Below the pieces are notes generated by a model that had not been told where the DNA came from, ran no database searches, and saw nothing but the letters and a program-made list of their open reading frames with translations. A stretch of DNA of 64,000 nt, from NCBI GenBank assembly GCA_964558365.1, contig CAZLCC010000010.1:5361-69360 (forward strand), read 5' to 3'. Source of the stretch: an uncultured Candidatus Saccharibacteria bacterium. Lineage in GTDB: Bacteria; Patescibacteriota; Saccharimonadia; Saccharimonadales; Saccharimonadaceae. Made by a program: the position numbers and the translations under genes. Below, in pieces: positions 19,353 to 28,280 of the stretch; within the stretch, counting starts at the first letter, position 1, and the number at the start of each line of letters is the position of its first letter.

Positions 19353-20327
19353 ATGAGTAATCAGCCAATTATGCTTGCAATTGGCTCGGCTGTGCAAGAT
19401 GTATTTTTAAGTAATAGCGATGCATTTAAGCCAGTGTGTGTTAATCCGGGTGAATGTTTTGAACAGTTGCCGCTTGGCGCAAAGGCGGATGTGAATAATA
19501 TTGAATTTAGCACTGGCGGTGGGGCAACTAACGCTGCGGTTACGTTTGCTCGGCAGGGCTTAGAGAGCATTTTTATGGGAACAGTAGGTCGTGACCCTGC
19601 TGGCGAGGCGGTACTAGCCGATCTTGATAAAGAAGGGATTAACACGGCTCATCTTTCTTATTCAGAAAAGTATAATACAGGCTATTCAACATTGCTTCTT
19701 GCACCAAATGGTGAGCGTACGATTTTAACTTATAGGGGCGCCTCAACGCATTACGATGTAAATAATTTTAACCTTAGTGAATTAACGCATGTTGATTGGC
19801 TGTATGTTTCAAGCATGGCAGGCTCGATGGAAGTTTTAACAGCTATTTTCGAGCAAGCAAAAACCATGAACGTTAGCGTTGCCTTTAACCCAGGGAAGGG
19901 CGAATTAAAAGAATCTCAAAAATTAAAATCTTTGCTTGAGGATGTTGATGTGTTGTTGCTTAATAAAGAGGAGCTGCAGTCTATTGTTGAAGGACAGACA
20001 CTTGAAGAGCTCGTGCGTCATGCACGTCATTATTGCTCAGTTGTTATTGGCTCAGACGGACCCAATGGAGTGGTTGCGACAGATGGCAAAGAGGTTGTTT
20101 CGGCTGGTATGTATGAAGATGTGCCAGTTGTTGATAGAACAGGAGCTGGCGATGCATTTGGCTCGGGTTTTGTGAGTCAGTGGGCGCAGGGCAAAACTTT
20201 GCAAGAATCAATTATTTTTGCCAGTGCTAATTCTACATCAGTTGTTTCATATATTGGCGCTAAAACAGGTATTTTACAGCAAGGTGTTGATCTTCATGAT
20301 ATGCCAATTGAGTCAAAACCATTTTAA
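19353..20327 (+). CDS. PfkB-family carbohydrate kinase
   Basis: Ribokinase-fold signatures GGGATNAAV and DRTGAGDAFGSGF. Starts 1 nt after the fba stop. Confidence 0.85.
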   Translation: MSNQPIMLAIGSAVQDVFLSNSDAFKPVCVNPGECFEQLPLGAKADVNNIEFSTGGGATNAAVTFARQGLESIFMGTVGRDPAGEAVLADLDKEGINTAHLSYSEKYNTGYSTLLLAPNGERTILTYRGASTHYDVNNFNLSELTHVDWLYVSSMAGSMEVLTAIFEQAKTMNVSVAFNPGKGELKESQKLKSLLEDVDVLLLNKEELQSIVEGQTLEELVRHARHYCSVVIGSDGPNGVVATDGKEVVSAGMYEDVPVVDRTGAGDAFGSGFVSQWAQGKTLQESIIFASANSTSVVSYIGAKTGILQQGVDLHDMPIESKPF

Positions 20328-20367
20328 CGGTATACTTTAGTAAAACATAAGCAGGATATAATACAGG

Positions 20368-21627
20368 GTGGCAAAATTTTTACGTGATCTTTTAAATGCC
20401 GAGGAACCAGTTTTTAGTCTTTCTTTACGGCAGCTTGAAAAAGCGAGCGGACATCAGGGCGTTGACGCGAAGCTCATTGGTGAGATAATTAAAAAAACAC
20501 ATCTTAGCATGCGAGAGCTAGGGCTTGATCAGCAAAATACAACTGGTAGAGAGCTTTACCACGCTTTGCTTGCGCGAGTTGAAGCTGATAATAAGCGAGT
20601 AACAGAACGTATTGGTGGTAATGACCCAAGCGATATTAGGCAAATGGTTCCGCTGATGGTTGCAGCTGTTAACAAAATGAAAATTAATAAAAAAGTGTGG
20701 GTTTTAAAGCGCTCGGTTGCAAAAGAATTACTACGCAAAATGCCGCCAAAAAAGTTAATGAAACACCTTGGCTATACGTCGGTTGATGCCATGCTCTCAA
20801 AAGAGAATATCGATGAAGTATATGTAGCACTTCGTTTTTCTGAGGGTGAAGATTGGCTGAATAAATATAACGAACTTTTTAAATCTATTACTCCAAGCGA
20901 TTTTGAAACTCGCGATATTAGCATTGTGGTGATGGATCACGACAAGTATGTTGACCTTTCTGAGAAATTTACTAAGAAAAAACTACATAATGTTACGCAT
21001 ACCAAAGAAATGGGAATTATTGTTGTTTTGCCAATGCATCAAGAAAAGATGAAAGGAATTACGTTAAAAACCCTACCGCTACTTTTTCATTACATTAATG
21101 AAATTAGGCTTTATTCTGCATTTTTTAAACTGAAGCAAGTTAATAAAAACTTTGGTGAAACAGTTGTTGAGACGCTTATTGCCGATCCTGGAACGGCAAG
21201 CCAAATGGCAGGTCAGCACGTTCATTGGCGCGTTATTCAGCGTTATTTTGGTCGCCCATCTATTAAAGATAACAAGCATCCAGAAGCTTTTCAGCCTCAT
21301 GTGCAGCCTGAAGATTTGCACTGGCGTCGTGCAGAAGAAATGCTTTATATGCTTGATCAAGATATGAAATTTTGGCAAGACAAAGACTATGTCGGCATAA
21401 TATTCGATGGAGCGCCCGTTACACTTAATTTTATTGATATAAGCTTTAGTTATTCAAACGAAGAAAAATACGAAGATCGTTATTATTACCATTTTCAGGA
21501 AAGCTTATGGAACGAGATTTTTATGCGATATATGGGGCAAAAAAATCTTGAAAATCAAATTCTTAAGCAGCTTGATAATGACATGATTGCTCCTGAAAAA
21601 CTGAAAGTTGCAAAGGATAATAAATGA
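20368..21627 (+). CDS. hypothetical protein, 419 aa, no recognisable family
   Basis: Long intact ORF with a GTG start 6 nt after a TATAAT box. Soluble with mixed composition. Overlaps the next gene by 4 nt. Confidence 0.6.
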   Translation: MAKFLRDLLNAEEPVFSLSLRQLEKASGHQGVDAKLIGEIIKKTHLSMRELGLDQQNTTGRELYHALLARVEADNKRVTERIGGNDPSDIRQMVPLMVAAVNKMKINKKVWVLKRSVAKELLRKMPPKKLMKHLGYTSVDAMLSKENIDEVYVALRFSEGEDWLNKYNELFKSITPSDFETRDISIVVMDHDKYVDLSEKFTKKKLHNVTHTKEMGIIVVLPMHQEKMKGITLKTLPLLFHYINEIRLYSAFFKLKQVNKNFGETVVETLIADPGTASQMAGQHVHWRVIQRYFGRPSIKDNKHPEAFQPHVQPEDLHWRRAEEMLYMLDQDMKFWQDKDYVGIIFDGAPVTLNFIDISFSYSNEEKYEDRYYYHFQESLWNEIFMRYMGQKNLENQILKQLDNDMIAPEKLKVAKDNK

Positions 21628-22226
21628 GCAAGTATCAGATTTGTGTGTCTGGCGCTGCAGCTGGCGAGACAGTTGAGACATCGCAAAAGCTAGCGTATAA
21701 GCTTGGTGCGGCAATTGCAAAAAGCGGCCACACGCTAACAACTGGTGCAACTGTAGGTTTGCCGCAGCATGCAGCTAAAGGCGCAAAAGATAACGGGGGG
21801 CTTTCAATCGGCTTTTCTCCAGCAGCTTCTATTCGTGAGCACGTAAAGTCCTATCGTCTGCCAGTAAAAGAGTTTGATTACATTAATTTTACGAATATGG
21901 ATTATGTAGGTCGAGATGTTTACTTAGTGCGTAGCAGTGATGCAGTGATTACGGTTGGCGGTCGGATGGGAAGTTTACACGAATATACCACCGCGCTTGA
22001 AAGCCATAAGCTATGTGCGGTGCTGCTTGGTAGTGGCGGCTTGGCAGATTTTGTGCCAAAAATCATGGATACACTACCGGCGCCAGTTGGAACACAGCTC
22101 ATTTATGATACAAATCCAGAAAGATTAGTAAAGCAAGTAATTAAGCGACTTGATACAAAATATGCAGATTTTAAAGATATGATAAAAAGCCTTGAAGAAC
22201 GCCCAAAGAAAACTGGACGAGGATAG
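21624..22226 (+). CDS. TIGR00725/LOG-like (SLOG superfamily) Rossmann-fold protein
   Basis: ICVSGAA N-terminal strand and VGGRMGSLHE, which resembles the LOG PGGxGTxxE motif. 200 aa. Confidence 0.7.
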   Translation: MSKYQICVSGAAAGETVETSQKLAYKLGAAIAKSGHTLTTGATVGLPQHAAKGAKDNGGLSIGFSPAASIREHVKSYRLPVKEFDYINFTNMDYVGRDVYLVRSSDAVITVGGRMGSLHEYTTALESHKLCAVLLGSGGLADFVPKIMDTLPAPVGTQLIYDTNPERLVKQVIKRLDTKYADFKDMIKSLEERPKKTGRG

Positions 22227-22251
22227 TATAATTAGGTAAAGGAGAAAGATA

Positions 22252-22527
22252 ATGGCAAAAAAACAGCAACAAGGTTTTGGCATCGTTGAAGTAATTATGA
22301 TTACCGTAACAATTTTAATACTTTGTGCGATCGCATTTGTTACCTGGAGATCTGTTTCCAGTGATAAAAATAAGAATGATCAACAGAATAGCAGCGAAGT
22401 AAAGACGAGTGATAGCCAGTCGTCTCAGAGTAGTGTTAAAAAAGTAACGCCAGAGCAAAAGGCTAAATTTGAAAAAGTAAGACAAAATATCCAAGACGCT
22501 GTAAAGAAAAAGCAAATTGGGAACTAA
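22252..22527 (+). CDS. short prepilin-like protein (type IV pilin N-terminal signal)
   Basis: KKQQQG/FGIVEVIMI fits a class III signal (G at -1, F at +1, E at +5) followed by a hydrophobic helix. The tail is short, S/Q/K-rich and low in complexity. AAGGAG SD. Confidence 0.6.
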   Translation: MAKKQQQGFGIVEVIMITVTILILCAIAFVTWRSVSSDKNKNDQQNSSEVKTSDSQSSQSSVKKVTPEQKAKFEKVRQNIQDAVKKKQIGN

Positions 22528-22575
22528 TCGAACTTATTTGGCGCGAGGTCGACAGAACTACCGTATAATAGATAT

Positions 22576-24549
22576 GTGAGTCATAAATTTAAGCTAAAGA
22601 CAGAATATCAGCCAACAGGTGATCAGCCGATTGCGATTAAGCAGTTAGTCGATGGACTGAGTAGCGACGAGAAAGAGCAAACGCTCCTTGGCGTTACCGG
22701 TTCTGGCAAGACGTTTACAATGGCAAACATTATTGCTGAGCGTCAAGTTCCAACACTTATCCTTGCTCATAACAAAACGTTAGCCGCACAGCTTTTTTCA
22801 GAATTTAAGGCGTTTTTTCCTGAAAATGAAGTTCACTATTTTGTAAGTTATTTCGATTACTATCAGCCAGAGGCGTATATCGCGAGTAGCGATACGTATA
22901 TTGAGAAGGATAGCAAGATCAATGAAGAGATTGATCGTTTGCGGCACGCTGCAACGAGCGCACTATTGACGCGCAGAGATACGATTATTGTGGCTAGCGT
23001 GAGCTGTATTTATGGTATTGGAACACCGGATATCTATAACGAGATGTCGATTACAGTTGAAACAAACAAAAAGCAATCAAGAGATAAGTTTATCCGCCGT
23101 TTAACAGATATTCAATATCAGCGCAATGATGTTGATTTTCACCGTGGAACGTTTCGGGTTCGGGGCGATGTGGTTGATATTTTCCCAGCTGGAAGTGAAA
23201 CGGCGTATCGTATTGAATTCTTTGGCGACGAGATTGATCGAATCACGCATATTAATCCGTTAACTGGCGAGATCATTAATGAGCCAAAAAAAGTAACTAT
23301 ATTCCCAAGTAGTCACTATGCAACACCAAAAGAGTTGTTAAAAAATGCAATTACAAATATTAAGTCAGAACTTAAAGAGCGTTTAGATTATTTTGAAAAA
23401 ACAAATAAATTACTTGAAGCGCAACGCTTAGAGCAGCGCACAAAATATGATGTTGAAATGCTTGAAGAAACTGGCTTTGTGAAAGGAATTGAAAATTATT
23501 CACGTTATCTTACGAGCCGAGAACGGGGTGAGCAGCCAGCAACGCTGCTTGATTACTTCCCAGACGACTTTTTGATGATTATTGACGAATCCCATATGAC
23601 AATTCCGCAGGTAAGAGGCATGTATAATGGCGATCGTGCTCGAAAAGAGGTGCTTGTTGAGCATGGCTTTCGTTTGCCAAGCGCGCTCGACAATCGGCCA
23701 TTGAATTTTCAAGAATTCGAAAATCACATCAATAATGTGATTTATGTTTCTGCTACACCCGGAGAATATGAGTTAGAGCGCTCGCCGAAGCCAGCGCAGC
23801 AAGTTATTCGTCCAACTGGTTTGATTGACCCTGAAATCGAAATCAGAAAATCAGACGGGCAAGTTGATGATTTAATTGCCGAGATTCGAGATAGAGTTAA
23901 AAAACGACAGCGCGTATTAGTAACAACGCTAACCAAAAGAATGGCAGAAGATTTAAGCACGCATCTTGAAGAGCTTAATATTAAAACAGCATACATTCAT
24001 TCAGATGTAGATACCCTTGACAGGGGCGATATCCTAAGAGATCTACGACTTGGTGTGTATGATGTGCTGGTTGGCATCAATTTATTGCGCGAAGGCTTAG
24101 ATCTTCCTGAAGTAAGTTTGGTGGCAATTATTGATGCAGATAAAGAAGGTTTTCTTCGCAGCAGCAGCGCGCTTATTCAGATTGTTGGTCGAGCGGCAAG
24201 GCATCAAGAAGGTAAGGTGATAATGTATGCCGACCAAACAACGAAATCTATGCAGCAAGCCATTGACGAAACAGATCGCCGCCGCACTATTCAAGAAGAA
24301 TATAACAAAGAGCATAATATTACTCCAAAAAGTATTGATAAGAAAATTGACGAAGGTTTGCGTGCTATTATTCCAATGAAAGAAGATGAGAAAAAGCCTC
24401 GCATTGACCTGAAGAAAATTCCAAAAGATGAATATGAGAATTTGATAAAAGAATTAACAGGGCAAATGGATTTTGCAGCTGCAAATCTTGAATTCGAAAA
24501 AGCGGCAGAGCTTCGTGATTTGATTGAAGATATTAAATCAAAACTCTAG
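22576..24549 (+). CDS. uvrB: excinuclease ABC subunit B
   Basis: YQPTGDQP N-terminus, GVTGSGKT Walker A, DESH box, and a C-terminal UVR motif (FEKAAELRD). GTG start. Confidence 0.95.
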   Translation: MSHKFKLKTEYQPTGDQPIAIKQLVDGLSSDEKEQTLLGVTGSGKTFTMANIIAERQVPTLILAHNKTLAAQLFSEFKAFFPENEVHYFVSYFDYYQPEAYIASSDTYIEKDSKINEEIDRLRHAATSALLTRRDTIIVASVSCIYGIGTPDIYNEMSITVETNKKQSRDKFIRRLTDIQYQRNDVDFHRGTFRVRGDVVDIFPAGSETAYRIEFFGDEIDRITHINPLTGEIINEPKKVTIFPSSHYATPKELLKNAITNIKSELKERLDYFEKTNKLLEAQRLEQRTKYDVEMLEETGFVKGIENYSRYLTSRERGEQPATLLDYFPDDFLMIIDESHMTIPQVRGMYNGDRARKEVLVEHGFRLPSALDNRPLNFQEFENHINNVIYVSATPGEYELERSPKPAQQVIRPTGLIDPEIEIRKSDGQVDDLIAEIRDRVKKRQRVLVTTLTKRMAEDLSTHLEELNIKTAYIHSDVDTLDRGDILRDLRLGVYDVLVGINLLREGLDLPEVSLVAIIDADKEGFLRSSSALIQIVGRAARHQEGKVIMYADQTTKSMQQAIDETDRRRTIQEEYNKEHNITPKSIDKKIDEGLRAIIPMKEDEKKPRIDLKKIPKDEYENLIKELTGQMDFAAANLEFEKAAELRDLIEDIKSKL

Positions 24550-25586
24550 CTTTTAACAGCCACTTTCCCAAGTTGAATTCTTTCCCACTTAACTTTATCT
24601 GGGTTGTTTTTTGTTCTTTCTAGCTCAGATGTGAGCGCCTGCTGTCTCGCGAGCCAAGCATCATATGTCTCAGGCGCTGCACAGTCGAGGTGTGCTGCAC
24701 CTGGCTCATCAAGAAAGTGCATGTTTGGATATTCTGCCAATATTCTCTCCCACTCTTCACCTTGACTCAAGATATCCCCCTTGAATGCTACAACTGATCC
24801 TCTCGCATCTTCTGGCATATGTTTTGCGAAATCTCCTGCAATTCCACTGGTGAGTGTTGGAACGGCTTGCATATGCCTGATTAGATCAGATGGATGAGTT
24901 GAAAAGGTGCTAGGATAGCGTAGTAGGTGATGGAGCGGCAACCTGCCGAGGTGGCGAACGATGGCGGGTTCGCTGAGCGGAATTTTCAGATAGTCGGCAC
25001 TGTGGCGAAGATCTAATCTTTTTGGGAAACATGGTGCAATCAGGTCGCTATAAATAATTGTTTTGTCGTGATCTTTGCTCATTGCATTGAGCCCAAAGCC
25101 GATCATTGCAGCTCTTGATATGCCCTCAACGATGAGTAGGTCTTTGTCTAGACTTTCTTCTTCAGCGGTAAGCTCAGTAATTTTTAGTTGATTGTGACTG
25201 CTTTTAGCTAAATTGGCATGAGAGCCAAACTTAATTTCTGAACCAACAAAATCAACAGGAAATCCAGCTTTCATGAGCGCAAGCATGCGCCTTTTATTAA
25301 GTCCATTTTTACCAGTTAGCCAAGGCGTTGTGGTCGTGATTGGAATATTCGTCGTTGGTTCGGTCGGCAGTCCTGTATCAACTTCATATTCCGAGCCGTC
25401 GCTCATTTTGATTCTTTTTGTGATAATTACTCCTTGAGCATATTCTTTTCGTCTGATTTCAAAGTATGACTCGACCTCACTTTCATAGCCTTCGGGTAAA
25501 AAAACACCCTCTGCTGAGAGAGGGTGTTTTGCCGCGCCAAAATAAGGGCTTTGAGTATTTTCGTAAGACTGGTTTTGAGTTGGCAT
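24546..25586 (-). CDS. hypothetical protein, possibly alpha/beta-hydrolase-like
   Basis: 346-aa intact [14 protein letters not shown] resembles a GxSxG/A nucleophile elbow. Its stop overlaps the uvrB stop (CTAG). Confidence 0.5.
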   Translation of the reverse strand: MPTQNQSYENTQSPYFGAAKHPLSAEGVFLPEGYESEVESYFEIRRKEYAQGVIITKRIKMSDGSEYEVDTGLPTEPTTNIPITTTTPWLTGKNGLNKRRMLALMKAGFPVDFVGSEIKFGSHANLAKSSHNQLKITELTAEEESLDKDLLIVEGISRAAMIGFGLNAMSKDHDKTIIYSDLIAPCFPKRLDLRHSADYLKIPLSEPAIVRHLGRLPLHHLLRYPSTFSTHPSDLIRHMQAVPTLTSGIAGDFAKHMPEDARGSVVAFKGDILSQGEEWERILAEYPNMHFLDEPGAAHLDCAAPETYDAWLARQQALTSELERTKNNPDKVKWERIQLGKVAVKS

Positions 25587-25682
25587 ATCTACATTCTTTT
25601 TGCTTACGTTTTATCTATCATAGTATTTCTAGTGTGCTTTTGTAAACCTAGCTAGCCAAATACTTTTATTGTATTAAAGCGA

Positions 25683-26126
25683 TTAGGGCGTATATTGTTG
25701 TTTTGGTGAGTCTGGAAAATTTACTTCATCCCAGAATGATATTTTTGTTGGCTGAAATACCCAATAGGCGCGCCCTTCAGGGTTAGGCTGCTTCATATCT
25801 TCAAGATTATAGTCCTTAGAGCCAAATTTACTTTGGTATAAATTATGCACGCGCTCTAAATCATCATCAGCTACTTTGTAAGCATTGCCAGTAATTTGTA
25901 ACGCCTGTTTACGCTCAGTATCACGGACCACAGTTACAGCAGTCTTTGGGTTGTTAAGAATTTCTATCGAATGTTGGCGCGACTGATCTGATGTCCAATA
26001 TAGATTAAAGCCATCATCAGCTACAAAATAAACAGTGCATATCCAGGGGCTACCGTTGTCGATAGTTGCAAGTTGAAGGTGTTTGTTGTCAGCTAAATAT
26101 TGCTGGATTAATGTCTTAAGTTCCAT
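25683..26126 (-). CDS. pyridoxamine 5'-phosphate oxidase-like FMN-binding split-barrel protein
   Basis: 147 aa. Pattern LATIDNGSPWICTVYF...LYW is typical of the PNPOx-like / general stress protein 26 family. Confidence 0.7.
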   Translation of the reverse strand: MELKTLIQQYLADNKHLQLATIDNGSPWICTVYFVADDGFNLYWTSDQSRQHSIEILNNPKTAVTVVRDTERKQALQITGNAYKVADDDLERVHNLYQSKFGSKDYNLEDMKQPNPEGRAYWVFQPTKISFWDEVNFPDSPKQQYTP

Positions 26127-26166
26127 GTCTCTATTCTACACTATCCGTTTGCGCTATAATACTTTT

Positions 26167-26457
26167 ATGACACAAATCTCTCGTGATGACGTGCTGCACT
26201 TGGCGCAGCTTTCTAGCTTACAGCTTTCAGATGATGAAACAGATAATTTGCAAGAAGATCTTGCAAATATTTTGACATATATTGAGCAGTTGAAAGAAAT
26301 TGACACGAGCAATGTTGAACCGACGTATCAAGTCACAGGCCTTGAGAATATTGAGCGTGATGATGAGATTATAGATTATGGTTTGTCTCGTAATGATCTG
26401 TTAGCTAATGCTCCTGATAAGCAAGACAATCAAATAAAAGTACCGAAGGTTCTCTAA
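26167..26457 (+). CDS. gatC: Asp/Glu-tRNA amidotransferase subunit C
   Basis: MTQISRDDVLHLAQLSSLQLSDDE is a typical GatC N-terminus. Start moved to the ATG at 26167. Followed by gatA. Confidence 0.85.
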   Translation: MTQISRDDVLHLAQLSSLQLSDDETDNLQEDLANILTYIEQLKEIDTSNVEPTYQVTGLENIERDDEIIDYGLSRNDLLANAPDKQDNQIKVPKVL

Positions 26458-26462
26458 AAATT

Positions 26463-27872
26463 ATGAGCAAAATTGAAGCAATTATTCAGAAGATAGAAAA
26501 TGGCCAAACATCGGCGCGAGAGCAGGTTGAAGCTGCATTAAAAAAGGCAGAAAAACATGCAGGTCATAATGTTTTTTTGAGCTTGTGCACTGAGCGGGCG
26601 TTGGCACGTGCTGATGAGATTGATAAAAAAATACAAAATGGTGAAGATGCGGGCAAGCTTGCAGGGGTGCCGTTTGTTGCAAAAGACAATTTCTTAACAC
26701 ACAACGCACCAACAACCGCTGCGAGCAAGATATTAGAAAATTTTGAAGCGCCATTTCAGGCAACTGCTATTGAAAAGCTAGAAAATGAAGGAGCGATCTG
26801 CATTGGCAAGGCTAATCTTGATGCGTTTGCCCACGGAAGTAGCACTGAAAATTCGGCATTTGGTGTAACAAAAAACGCAGTAGATGAAACGCGAGTTGCG
26901 GGTGGTAGCAGTGGAGGATCGGCTGTTGCTGTAGCGTTGGATATTGCGCCATTTGCACTAGGCACTGATACTGGTGGATCAATCCGCCAGCCAGCTAGTT
27001 TTAATGGCGTGGTTGGCTTGAAGCCAACATATGGAACGGTAAGTCGCTATGGTGTTGTTGCAATGGCGAGCAGCACAGATGTGATTGGACCACTTACTAA
27101 GACGGTGAAAGACAGCGAAATTATCATGAGTATTCTTGCTGGGCAAGATGAACGAGACGGAACGACGCTACCCGATTTTTACAAAATTCAAGAGACTGCC
27201 AGGCCGAAGCAGAAAATTGGCTTAATTAAAGAATTTATAGGCGATGATGTTGAGGAAGAAGTTCGCGCAAAAACTTTGGCTTATGTAGAGAAATTGAAAC
27301 AGCAAGATCACACGGTTGAAGACGTAAGATTGCCAATGGTTCATCATAGCTTGGCGATGTATTATGTGATTGTTCCGGCTGAGATTAGCTCTAACCTTGC
27401 CAGGTATGATGGCGTTCGATATGGCAAAAGAGCCGAGGCTCAAACGCTTGCTGATGTGTATGGCAAAAGTAGAGACGCAGGCTTTATGCCAGAAAATAAA
27501 CGCCGAATTATGATTGGCAGCTATGTGCTTTCTAGCGGTTATTTTGATGCGTATTATCAGCAGGCACAAAAAGCGAGAACAATTTTAATAAAAGAGATGA
27601 ACGATCTTTTTGAAGAATATGATGTATTGATTGGCCCTACTGCCCCAGAGCCAGCATTTAAAATTGGCGAAAATGCAAAAGATCCAGTTAAGATGTATCT
27701 TTCAGACATTATGACAGTTTTTGCAAGCCTCAGTGGCGCACCAGCCATTAGCGTTCCGACTGGAAGCACTAAAGAAGGCTTGCCAATTGGTGTACAGCTT
27801 GTTGGCAATAACAAAACAGACGCCAACCTTTTAGCACTTGCTCGCTCGGTTGAAGGAGGTCAGAATGGATAG
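26463..27872 (+). CDS. gatA: Asp/Glu-tRNA amidotransferase subunit A
   Basis: Amidase signature GGSSGGSAVAVA...GTDTGGSIRQPA. Confidence 0.95.
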   Translation: MSKIEAIIQKIENGQTSAREQVEAALKKAEKHAGHNVFLSLCTERALARADEIDKKIQNGEDAGKLAGVPFVAKDNFLTHNAPTTAASKILENFEAPFQATAIEKLENEGAICIGKANLDAFAHGSSTENSAFGVTKNAVDETRVAGGSSGGSAVAVALDIAPFALGTDTGGSIRQPASFNGVVGLKPTYGTVSRYGVVAMASSTDVIGPLTKTVKDSEIIMSILAGQDERDGTTLPDFYKIQETARPKQKIGLIKEFIGDDVEEEVRAKTLAYVEKLKQQDHTVEDVRLPMVHHSLAMYYVIVPAEISSNLARYDGVRYGKRAEAQTLADVYGKSRDAGFMPENKRRIMIGSYVLSSGYFDAYYQQAQKARTILIKEMNDLFEEYDVLIGPTAPEPAFKIGENAKDPVKMYLSDIMTVFASLSGAPAISVPTGSTKEGLPIGVQLVGNNKTDANLLALARSVEGGQNG

Positions 27873-28278
27873 TCTTATCATAATTATGTTTGCGGCAATT
27901 GTTTTTATTGCTATTTTACTATTGGTGATTATTATGACCACGCGCAAAGCACCAAAAGGAATTGATAGAGAAGAATTTAGGTTAAAATGGCTAAAAATTG
28001 AAGCAAAAATTGGCGATGATGAGTCGGCTAACCAAATGGCGATCATTAATGCTGATAAATTGCTTGACCATGCGCTAAAAGCACGGGGCTTTTCTGGTGA
28101 AACGATGGCAGAGCGAATGAAAAAGGCTGAAAGTCAGTTTAAGGATAAAAAATCAGTGTGGCTAGCGCATAAATTACGAAATCGTATTGTGCATGAAGAA
28201 ATGACAATAAAGCGCTCAGGAACGAAGCGCGCACTTGCTGTTTATAAGCGTGCGTTACGAGATATGGGGGCGTTATAA
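27865..28278 (+). CDS. membrane-anchored protein with HEPN-like RNxxxH motif
   Basis: ATG at 27865 follows GGAGG and overlaps the gatA end by 8 nt. Has an N-terminal TM helix and a helical C-terminal domain with LRNRIVHE (nt 28177-28194). Ends 2 nt before gatB. Confidence 0.55.
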   Translation: MDSLIIIMFAAIVFIAILLLVIIMTTRKAPKGIDREEFRLKWLKIEAKIGDDESANQMAIINADKLLDHALKARGFSGETMAERMKKAESQFKDKKSVWLAHKLRNRIVHEEMTIKRSGTKRALAVYKRALRDMGAL

Positions 28279-28280
28279 AA

